Position numbers and translations under genes: made by a program
The notes under the pieces: generated by a model
What the model saw: the letters and a program-made list of their open reading frames with translations, nothing else
Databases searched by the model: none
Told to the model about the DNA's origin: nothing
Source of the DNA: Thermoproteota archaeon
GTDB lineage: Archaea; Thermoproteota; Thermoprotei_A; Sulfolobales; NBVN01
Length of the DNA: 24,000 bases
Direction: 5' to 3'
NCBI GenBank assembly: GCA_030550455.1
Contig: JAUQPH010000006.1
Coordinates: 59,029-83,028, forward strand
Part shown: one piece after another, positions 1-7,033 of the stretch
Layout: each line of letters starts with the position of its first letter
How positions within the stretch are numbered: position 1 is the stretch's first letter

Positions 1-154
1 ACCAACCACTCTAGGTAACTAAATTTATAAAATTACATTCATCGAGCAAGTAGGATCTGAGTAGAATTCAGTCCTCTGAGGACAAACCTTATTGGTCAGC
101 GCATTTCTTCGGTAAGCTCAGGTTCTTTGTGAACCTATACTGAGTTGAAAGTAT

Positions 155-1294
155 TCAAGAGCTGAGAACAAGGTATAATCCCATGGATATCAATACGACA
201 CCTCCGAGGAACTCGACAACGGAAACTTTGCTCATAAACCTATCTACTAACCCGAGGAACCTGCTTGAAAGTATGGAGATGAGAACGTAGGGTAGTACAT
301 AGGCCATCAAGTAAGTAAGGGTTACGATGTTAACCAGAGAACCAGCGTCGGCTGCGAAAGCTGATTGAAGTAGAACGAAGTAGCCCGCACTGCAAGGAGT
401 CGCACTAATTGATGCCACTACTCCTAGTAAAACCGGGAAGAAGCTACCCAGCACTGTGAACACCTTATTGCCCATGGGGTAGCTAATATCGCGACAGGCT
501 CTACCACCTATAAGGCATCCAAGAACTCCCCTAGAGTGTAGCACCATGTACAACCCGAAAGCTAGGAAAAACACCCACGTAAATGGTCGCAAAAGCCACA
601 GTAAGCTGTAGAGACCGATTATTACGAGAAAGTACCCAATCCCAAGTCCGACCACAAACGAGAGGAGCTTTAGCAGAGACTTTCTAGCACCGTAAGCTGC
701 GTACGAGAAGAGAAGAGTTGAATATAGGTAGATAACGCATGGGCTGAGGGCGGACGCCGCCCCTAGTAATAGTGCCCCCACTACCAGCTTCAATGGGTCT
801 TGACCCGTCGGCTTGATGACTCTTACTTCACACGTCCCCAAGCCTACTCCAAGCAAAGCAGACATCCAGTAGGAGTCGTTCCGGTATAAACCAATCGAAA
901 TAGCTACTACTGAGGTACCTTTCCGGACTAAAACTATGGGAACCTCTCTTAAATACTCTTCCTCGACATACTTACTAAGGTAGCTCAGCAGCTTCGTAAA
1001 TAGATCACTGTTCTCTAGCACGTCTACGTACGCAAGCCCGCTGGGAAGAAGGCTTCCTAGGTATTTCTCCATTTCAATACATTCGGGACACCCCCTCAGC
1101 CCGAAGAAGTATACAACCTGATCACCAAAGCGCGCTATTAGGTCGCCAGCTAATTCTGTAGGTTGTTCAGCACACCCAATTAGCATTCCCCTATAGGAGA
1201 TCGGAATTCCTAAGGAATGGGCTCCAGAAGCAAGAACCGAACAAGCTAGTGCGAACAATATGGTTGAAGAAGCGAGTAGTGGACTTAGCCTCAT
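155..1294 (-). CDS. Thioredoxin-like ectodomain fused to a CcdA/DsbD-type transmembrane thiol-disulfide electron-transfer domain
   Basis: 379-aa ORF. N-terminal signal/anchor MRLSPLLASSTILFALACSVLASG. Thioredoxin-fold motif FFGLRGCPEC. About 6 hydrophobic helices carry the two CcdA/DsbD hallmark Cys motifs ALSPCVIY and SATPCSAGY. Its ATG (1292-1294) overlaps the upstream stop (TAATG). Confidence 0.75.
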   Translation of the reverse strand: MRLSPLLASSTILFALACSVLASGAHSLGIPISYRGMLIGCAEQPTELAGDLIARFGDQVVYFFGLRGCPECIEMEKYLGSLLPSGLAYVDVLENSDLFTKLLSYLSKYVEEEYLREVPIVLVRKGTSVVAISIGLYRNDSYWMSALLGVGLGTCEVRVIKPTGQDPLKLVVGALLLGAASALSPCVIYLYSTLLFSYAAYGARKSLLKLLSFVVGLGIGYFLVIIGLYSLLWLLRPFTWVFFLAFGLYMVLHSRGVLGCLIGGRACRDISYPMGNKVFTVLGSFFPVLLGVVASISATPCSAGYFVLLQSAFAADAGSLVNIVTLTYLMAYVLPYVLISILSSRFLGLVDRFMSKVSVVEFLGGVVLISMGLYLVLSS

Positions 1295-1911
1295 TACTTC
1301 CTCCTCCTAAAGATGGAGTAGGCTATTACTAGAACTCCGGTGGCGATGAGGGTTATGGGAATTATAAGCTGGGGCTTGACTATCTGCTGAGAACTAGGGG
1401 GAGCCGTAGTCGTCACCGTGTATTTAGTAATTAGTGCTACTAACTCTTGCTGTTCTTGAAAAGACATCTTTATCTCGTACACGTTTGGAGGGACTATGAA
1501 CACGACCTTCTCCTGAGGGCTTCTCGCAGTGATATTCTGCCAAAACTGGACATCTGTAACAGCACCCACTACTACTGCGATGAGGTATTTTCCATCCTTA
1601 GTAACGTAAGTTTGAGGTATGTACCCTAAGTACTCCGACGACACTCCTTTAGATGCGAAAAAGCTTCTAATACTATCTAGGTTGTTCTTGCAGACCTCGT
1701 ATAGGTCAATCTTACAGAAAGAATAGCTACCTGGGTAAGCTTGAGTGAGGAATTGGTCGAGAGACCTGCAATGAGGACACCAAGTTGCACCATAAAGGTA
1801 TAGGTGTACATCGCTACCAATAGCCACAGCAGATAGTAGTGCGGCAACCACGAGTAGAGCTGAAATCAAGCACGCAATTACAATACGACTACCTTCCACT
1901 GTCTGCACCAT
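1294..1911 (-). CDS. Membrane-tethered extracytoplasmic thioredoxin-like oxidoreductase (WCPHC active site)
   Basis: 205-aa ORF. N-terminal hydrophobic signal/anchor (IVIACLISALLVVAALLSAVAIG). LYGATWCPHC thioredoxin motif. Ser/Thr/Pro linker (TTTAPPSSQQ). C-terminal TM helix plus basic tail (LIIPITLIATGVLVIAYSIFRRRK). Confidence 0.7.
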   Translation of the reverse strand: MVQTVEGSRIVIACLISALLVVAALLSAVAIGSDVHLYLYGATWCPHCRSLDQFLTQAYPGSYSFCKIDLYEVCKNNLDSIRSFFASKGVSSEYLGYIPQTYVTKDGKYLIAVVVGAVTDVQFWQNITARSPQEKVVFIVPPNVYEIKMSFQEQQELVALITKYTVTTTAPPSSQQIVKPQLIIPITLIATGVLVIAYSIFRRRK

Positions 1912-2000
1912 TTTTCTAGCTTAAAGAAATCTAAAAAGCCTAATCTTTGACTCGGCGTTGGATCTCTTAATGCTCTAACTCGTTAGTGGCGCTTTCTACT

Positions 2001-2531
2001 CTACCGCTGTGTAAAGTACCTAAAGGCCTTAATGTTGATGTCAACCCACTCTTTAGACACTACTTCTTTAATCACGTCTTCTATAGCGCCTGGGGGAACT
2101 ATCGACGTTACTTTAACGATGTGGCCGAGAGCGACGAGGTTTGCTACCCTGCTTGTACCTATCTCTTTTTCAGCTATATCCGTGTAGGGCTCTAAGTAGA
2201 TTCTCCAGTTCCTTTGCGGAACACTGCTAACGTTTGACTTATCCAGAAAAACTACGGCACCATCTCGCACTAGGTCTCTGTAAGCGTCTAGCTGAAGCTG
2301 GTGCATGAATAGAGCTATGTCGGCTCTCATTACCTTAATAAAGTCGGCATCTTCTTCTCTATCTGCTACTACAAGGTCTACCCTGGAGTCACCACCTCGT
2401 GTTTCAGCAGCATATATCTCACTTCCGAGGATATGGAGGTTCGTGTGTTTGGCTATTGCTCTACCCAGAATATGTCCTAGAAGAAGTATGCCTTGACCAC
2501 CCCGTCCAGCGATCAGTATTTCTAACCTCAC
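2001..2531 (-). CDS. 2-oxoacid:ferredoxin oxidoreductase, gamma subunit
   Basis: 176-aa ORF. The N-terminus MRLEILIAGRGGQGILLLGHILG is the typical gamma-subunit Gly-rich motif. 4-nt overlap with the beta gene. Last gene of a delta-alpha-beta-gamma operon. Confidence 0.85.
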   Translation of the reverse strand: MRLEILIAGRGGQGILLLGHILGRAIAKHTNLHILGSEIYAAETRGGDSRVDLVVADREEDADFIKVMRADIALFMHQLQLDAYRDLVRDGAVVFLDKSNVSSVPQRNWRIYLEPYTDIAEKEIGTSRVANLVALGHIVKVTSIVPPGAIEDVIKEVVSKEWVDINIKAFRYFTQR

Positions 2532-3373
2532 TCTTCACCACCTCCAAAAGCTTTAGAAATGTACTTACGATATATCTCTATATACCCGGGTTCGTCTTTC
2601 TCAACGAACTCCCCAATGACAAAGCCTTTCTCCCAGTCGTAATCGCTTTCGTCTACAGACGGCTTAGTTTTTACTACGACTCTTTTCTTGAGCTCTGTAT
2701 ACAGGTCTACGGGGTTTCTTAAGCCTATGTGCCTCCCGAAGATCTCCGGGCATGTCGATAAGACCTCGATAAACGCAAGTCCCTGCTTTACGAGAGCCTT
2801 ATAGAATACTTGCTCAAGTAAGTGTGGGTGGGTAATCGACCCTCTGGCTACGTAGTTTGCCCCTAAAGCTGCTGCCAGTTTCACCATGTTGATCTCCTTT
2901 TCAGGGTTTCCGTAGGGTGTAGTCGTAGTGTAGAGCCCTCTAGGAGTTGTAGGTGCCAACTGCCCGCCAGTCATTCCGTATATCATGTTGTTTACCATTA
3001 CGACAAGTATATCGGCATTACGCCTTATGGCGTGTAGTATGTGGTTTCCACCAATAGCGGCTATATCTCCATCACCTCCAACTACGATCATCTTCATTTC
3101 CGGCTTGACTACCTTAACTGCGAGAGCGAACGGAATTGCTCTTCCGTGTATTACGTGAGCAGAATCAAAGAGAGGATAGAGAGTCATTCTAGCTGTACAA
3201 CCTATCCCTCCAACAAAGGCTATATGCTCTCTCTTGAGTAGGCCCTCCTTTATCCTTCTGTCTATAGCTCTAAGTAAAGTCCCTAATACCACCCCTAGCC
3301 CGCAACCCGGGCACCACATCGTCGGTATTCTATCTGTTCTCAGGTATGGGTCAAGCGGGTGTCCTACAGCCAT
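2528..3373 (-). CDS. 2-oxoacid:ferredoxin oxidoreductase, beta subunit (thiamine-diphosphate binding)
   Basis: 281-aa ORF. WCPGCG near the N-terminus and a GGDGD TPP-binding motif. Overlaps the alpha gene by 10 nt. Confidence 0.9.
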   Translation of the reverse strand: MAVGHPLDPYLRTDRIPTMWCPGCGLGVVLGTLLRAIDRRIKEGLLKREHIAFVGGIGCTARMTLYPLFDSAHVIHGRAIPFALAVKVVKPEMKMIVVGGDGDIAAIGGNHILHAIRRNADILVVMVNNMIYGMTGGQLAPTTPRGLYTTTTPYGNPEKEINMVKLAAALGANYVARGSITHPHLLEQVFYKALVKQGLAFIEVLSTCPEIFGRHIGLRNPVDLYTELKKRVVVKTKPSVDESDYDWEKGFVIGEFVEKDEPGYIEIYRKYISKAFGGGEE

Positions 3374-4488
3374 TCTTTAATCACCTCGACTACTTCTTGC
3401 GGTAGGGGTACATCGAGGTCTATCAAAGGTACGCTGACGACTTCCTTATCTCTAATCACACCCCTGAGCTCTCTGTAGTACAACCCTAAGTTGTTTTCAA
3501 CCACAAACACCTTCTTAACACCTCTCAACAGGTTTACTATGCCATCCTCATACACTGGGAAAAGAGTCTTAAGCTTTACGGAGCAGGCACGATATCCCTT
3601 CTCTCTGAGTAACTTAGCTGCGACATTCGCTGTTAAAGCTGTTGACCCATAAGAGACGAGGGCGTAATCGCAATCGTCAAGGTACGTCGAAGAGTAGTCG
3701 AAGAGCTTCCCAGAGTTCTCTACTATCTTTTTGTAGAGTCTCCACATAAGCCTCCTTTGTACGTCCGTTCTTGGTGCGTAGTAACCTCTTTCATCGTGTG
3801 TTAGTGACTCAACTAAGACGTTGTATCCTTCACCGAAGCATGCCATAGGCGGTACTAACCCGTTAACAGGGTCGTAAGGTTTATAGGCATCGGGAGGCAC
3901 AGAGGGCTTAGTGCGGTCGATTAAATCTACTTCACTTCTCTCCCTTATAGCTACCTTACCATAGGTATGAGCTATTACTGCGTCAGAAAGAAGAACTACA
4001 GGAGTCCTCAACATCTCCGATATGTTGAAAGCTCGTATCGTCAAGTCGTAAGCTTCTTGTGGTGTCGATGGAGCGAGAACAGGTATCACGAGACCCCCGT
4101 GAAAACCGTACGTACTTTGGAGTACATCATACTGTCCCGACCTCGTTGGGACACCTGTCGATGGACCGGTCCTCATGACGTAGGCAACAACCAGCGGAGT
4201 TTCCGTTATAACCGCTAGACTTAGAGCCTCGAGCATGAGTGAAAACCCGGGTCCACTGGTTGCCGTCATCGATTTCGCACATGCCCAAGACGCCCCGATT
4301 ACGGCGTTTATAGATGCTATTTCGTCTTCAAACTGTATTACGTGACCCCCGTGCTTAGGTAGCTCTTTAGCTAGGTACTCGAATATATCAGATGTCGGTG
4401 TAATCGGGTAACCAGCATAGAACTTTAACCCAGCAGTTATAGAGGCTTCGGCAATAGCTATGTTTCCAGTAAGGTATTCGTACCTCAT
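3364..4488 (-). CDS. 2-oxoacid:ferredoxin oxidoreductase, alpha subunit
   Basis: 374-aa ORF. The N-terminal GNIAIAEASITAGLKFYAGYPITPTSDI is typical of OFOR alpha subunits. Its ATG overlaps the stop of the delta gene (ATGA at 4485-4488). Confidence 0.9.
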   Translation of the reverse strand: MRYEYLTGNIAIAEASITAGLKFYAGYPITPTSDIFEYLAKELPKHGGHVIQFEDEIASINAVIGASWACAKSMTATSGPGFSLMLEALSLAVITETPLVVAYVMRTGPSTGVPTRSGQYDVLQSTYGFHGGLVIPVLAPSTPQEAYDLTIRAFNISEMLRTPVVLLSDAVIAHTYGKVAIRERSEVDLIDRTKPSVPPDAYKPYDPVNGLVPPMACFGEGYNVLVESLTHDERGYYAPRTDVQRRLMWRLYKKIVENSGKLFDYSSTYLDDCDYALVSYGSTALTANVAAKLLREKGYRACSVKLKTLFPVYEDGIVNLLRGVKKVFVVENNLGLYYRELRGVIRDKEVVSVPLIDLDVPLPQEVVEVIKEWL

Positions 4489-4715
4489 CGCCGAACAGCC
4501 TCGATATATATTGCGAAATCAGGACAACTAAATTCACAAAGCCTACAGCCGATGCACTTTTCCGGGCGAGCTGGAACTACGTACCTATAGCCTCGCTTGT
4601 TCCTACTGTCACCTCTCTCCAAGACCTTCGTGGGGCATACTGATATACATATGCCACACTCTTTACATCTTTCGGTTATAACGTTGATAACATACTTACC
4701 TCCTTCTCTCTTTAT
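4485..4715 (-). CDS. 2-oxoacid:ferredoxin oxidoreductase, delta subunit (2x[4Fe-4S] ferredoxin); start codon unresolved
   Basis: Not in the ORF track. My translation of the minus strand gives ...KYVINVITERCKECGICISVCPTKVLERGDSRNKRGYRYVVPARPEKCIGCRLCEFSCPDFAIYIEAVRR*, with two CxxCxxCxxxCP motifs. The stop TGA is at 4487-4485. No in-frame ATG, GTG or TTG lies upstream of the first cluster, so the 5' coordinate is only the limit of plausible coding sequence. Confidence 0.7.
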   Translation of the reverse strand: MKREGGKYVINVITERCKECGICISVCPTKVLERGDSRNKRGYRYVVPARPEKCIGCRLCEFSCPDFAIYIEAVRR

Positions 4716-4719
4716 AAAG
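4710..4719 (-). promoter_or_regulatory. TATA-like box (palindromic CTTTATAAAG) upstream of the OFOR operon; a second candidate CTTTAAATAG lies at 4772-4781 (minus sense)
   Basis: A/T-rich octamers upstream of the first operon gene. GGAGGT (4698-4703, minus sense) lies between the TATA box and the ATG at 4693. Confidence 0.35.
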
Positions 4720-4862
4720 AGACTCGACGCAGTGCTCAGCCAACTCCACCTATATGATTACTTGAGCATAACTATTTAAAGCATGAGTTATTAACTGTAA
4801 TTACATGAGGGTTAGTGCTAAAAGCACAGCGACATAAAGAACTCGAACTCAACTTGGTCCAC

Positions 4863-5243
4863 AGGGTTTAGCTCTGATGCGAGCTCATACTAGGTCATCT
4901 CATTACCTCAACACTTCTCTCCCTCATTTCGTTCGTAGATTCATTGAGTCGGAGGTGTTCAAGGGGTACTCACACCTCGATTCATCCCGGGGAGGGCCTG
5001 CGTCTCATTGACGGGACTCTAACCACCTCATACGGTAGCCTCCACGCATTAATCAAACAATATAAGCCAATACAGAATGCGAAACAGTTTCCCGAGGCTT
5101 TACTGACTCGCTATTAAGTTAAACTAGGCTCTCCTCTAAATATGCTAGTAAGAGAGTTTATGATGTTTTAGGTCCTTTCTTCAGTAAGTAAGCGGATGTT
5201 TATGAGGACTATAGCGCTCCTGCTACTTAAATAGAGTGCTTTA
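4863..5243. repeat. Noncoding element, copy A (paralogue of 6689-7033, same orientation)
   Basis: Seven colinear shared blocks with copy B (coordinates in the finding at 4863-5243), spanning AGGGTTTAGCTCTnATG at the left end to AGTGCTTTA at the right end. No ORF of 50 or more codons on either strand. Confidence 0.6.
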
Positions 5244-5248
5244 TCTGT

Positions 5249-5539
5249 TTACCAGCTTCTAACGCTAACCTTCACGATGTTTCCATCGACTTGAGCGACA
5301 GCATGTCCTGCGGAGTACTCTACCTCTAGCTTCAGGATCTTCCCTCCGACAACATCTTCAAGAGCGGAGAGTGACGCTACGGCAATAGCTACTGCTTTTG
5401 CTATAGACCTATTAGCTTCGAGCCTGTCGCCTAGCACATCTATGAGTTCACCGGTTAACCTATCGACTACGAGAACTCTGTCTGGTAACTCGAGTGCCAA
5501 CCTAGCTGGGTTCTGGGTTTTCACGTCGACAGAATCCAT
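5249..5539 (-). CDS. Small hypothetical protein, Roadblock/LC7 (MglB-like) fold suspected
   Basis: 96-aa ORF. The predicted alpha-beta-beta-alpha-beta-beta pattern (LVVDRLTGELIDVLG ... SIAKAVAIAVASLSALEDVV ... KILKLEVEYSAGHAVAQVDGNIVKVSV) resembles Roadblock/LC7 singletons. TATA-like GTTTTTAAAG lies ~35 nt upstream. The family call comes from pattern only. Confidence 0.45.
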   Translation of the reverse strand: MDSVDVKTQNPARLALELPDRVLVVDRLTGELIDVLGDRLEANRSIAKAVAIAVASLSALEDVVGGKILKLEVEYSAGHAVAQVDGNIVKVSVRSW

Positions 5540-5635
5540 TAAGACACCATGGAAATGCTGAGACTTTGCTTACTTTAAAAACACTTACTCATATAGTGTA
5601 ACCAGCTGACCAGGGTTCGCCGACCAAGCGAGGTA

Positions 5636-5644
5636 TTATTTAAG
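5636..5644 (+). promoter_or_regulatory. TATA box TTATTTAAG for the HypC-fusion gene
   Basis: A/T-rich box centred ~36 nt upstream of the GTG start at 5676. Confidence 0.4.
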
Positions 5645-5675
5645 TCAAGGATGCTGTTAGCTATCGGGTAGTGAC

Positions 5676-6494
5676 GTGTGTTGGGGTGTATTAGCTAAGC
5701 TAGTCCGAGTCGATGGTGTTGAGGGTGAAGTGGAAGTTGGGGGAGCTACTATAAGAGCTCTCATTGCGGTAGAGGAGGCTAAACCTGGAGATGTAGTGCT
5801 ACTTCATGCTGGTGTAGTCATAGAGAAACTAGATAGAGAAAGTATTCTGGCCAACCTTACTGTATACTACGACTTAGTTAAGTACCACTATACCTTCAAT
5901 GGACTAAGCGAGGAGGAGGCAGATAGGAAGGCTCGAGAAGACCTTGTTAAGCTAGCTCAAGACCTAGGTATTTCACCTGAGGAGTTACTAGAAGTTCTGC
6001 GAGAGAATATGCGAGAGCAAGAAGACAAGGCATCTAAGCAGGAAAGTGTGCCGGAGTCGTCGTTTTTTATAGACTACGTAGTCCAGCTAGCTGAGACAGA
6101 CTACCTCCAGGTTATGCACTACACAAACTATATCAGAGTTTGCGAGAGGGCTTTCATGGCCATGCTGTCTAGTGCGGGTATTAGTTACAGTAGGCTAATA
6201 CACGAGTACGGTTTGTTTATTCCTACAGTTGAAGTTAATGCGAAAATAAAGTCTCCGTCGAGGCTCGACAATACCTTGAGGGTTTACGTGTGGATAGAGG
6301 AAGTAGGGAGAAAGCACCTTAAGTATAGGTGTGTAGTTCACAATTTGACTACTGATAGAATCGCTGCCGATATAGAGCACGTCGCAGTCTGCACGGATAC
6401 TGCGATTACATCGAGCCACGAGCTACCAGAGGACATCAAAAAAGCCCTGGAAACTCTTTCTCGCAGTGATAGATCGCTGAAACAGCATAGGTAG
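5676..6494 (+). CDS. Fusion protein: N-terminal HypC/HybG/HupF-like domain, helical acidic linker, C-terminal 4HBT/YbgC-type hotdog acyl-CoA thioesterase
   Basis: 272-aa ORF with a GTG start, giving the N-terminal Met-Cys typical of HypC (MCWGVLAKLVRVDG...GDVVLLHAGVVIEKLD). The C-terminal half, VVQLAETDYLQVMHYTNYIRVCERAFMAMLSSAGISY...FIPTVEVNAKIKSPSRLDNTL, matches the 4-hydroxybenzoyl-CoA thioesterase pattern (Asp plus His-x2-Tyr region). Confidence 0.7.
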   Translation: MCWGVLAKLVRVDGVEGEVEVGGATIRALIAVEEAKPGDVVLLHAGVVIEKLDRESILANLTVYYDLVKYHYTFNGLSEEEADRKAREDLVKLAQDLGISPEELLEVLRENMREQEDKASKQESVPESSFFIDYVVQLAETDYLQVMHYTNYIRVCERAFMAMLSSAGISYSRLIHEYGLFIPTVEVNAKIKSPSRLDNTLRVYVWIEEVGRKHLKYRCVVHNLTTDRIAADIEHVAVCTDTAITSSHELPEDIKKALETLSRSDRSLKQHR

Positions 6495-6513
6495 GTTTTG
6501 CGTCCAACCTATG
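6486..6513 (+). terminator. Hairpin overlapping the stop codon (CATAGGTAGG-ttttgcgt-CCAACCTATG)
   Basis: 9 of 10 positions pair. The 8-nt loop contains TTTT. The stop TAG at 6492-6494 lies inside the 5' arm. Confidence 0.35.
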
Positions 6514-6688
6514 TAAAGACGGATACGACGTCCTCTCAAGATGAGAACCTTCTTTATAGAAAGTACGGCCATTCTCAGAGCTAGCCGTCGCTCAATGCTG
6601 TACTCTACAGCACGTTTAGCATTTCTAACTCCCGCTTTACTTTGAAAGTACTACTAGAAAAGGGAAGCATTTTACGTGTAGCTGTGTA

Positions 6689-7033
6689 AGGGTTTAGCTC
6701 TTATGTTGGTTTGTATTGATTTCATCGCCCCACATAATTCCCCCACACTCTGCTCAAGCTCTCATCGGGTACCCTTAGACTCCCCCATCACGTATCACTA
6801 CGTACGGAGTGCGAGAGTTTCATCCCATATCAACAGATGTGAACAAATATGAAACCTAAAAGTTGCGCTAGGTGAGCTCAATATCAGCTATAAGAAAGCG
6901 GTGATAAACGTCTGCGTAACTAATGTATGGAACTAAGAGAGTTTAGTTAAGAGCTTTTTATGTCCGCAGATCGCTATCGAGAGTAAGATGCCGTAGACTA
7001 AGTGCTTGGTTACTGTAAGGTTTAAGTGCTTTA
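6689..7033. repeat. Noncoding element, copy B (paralogue of 4863-5243, same orientation)
   Basis: The same seven colinear blocks as copy A (coordinates in the finding at 4863-5243). Partly overlapped by a 66-codon minus-strand ORF that is not conserved in copy A. Confidence 0.6.

Noticed and set aside
4850-4880. A possible second C/D sRNA in element A, because AGGGTTTAGCT is followed by CTGA, as in the D guide of the true sRNA.
   Set aside because: No C or C' box (TGATGA) lies 12-13 nt upstream; the sequence there is GGTCCAC. Copy B has CTTA instead of CTGA.
4877-5014. Short ORFs starting at the conserved ATG just after block 1 in both elements (45 codons in A from 4877; ~49 codons in B from 6703). 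Both contain Ser-Ser encoded by the shared TCATCC.
   Set aside because: The peptides (MRAHTRSSHYLNTSLPHF... and MLVCIDFIAPHNSPTL...) show no convincing similarity beyond what the shared nucleotide blocks impose, and their composition looks like translated noncoding DNA. This remains possible but unsupported.
4863-5243. The idea that the elements are MITEs or att sites of a recently integrated element.
   Set aside because: The ends are not inverted repeats of each other (AGGGTTTAGCTCT vs the reverse complement AGATAAAGCACTCT). The copies are too diverged for fresh att duplications. No integrase, transposase or tRNA target is present.
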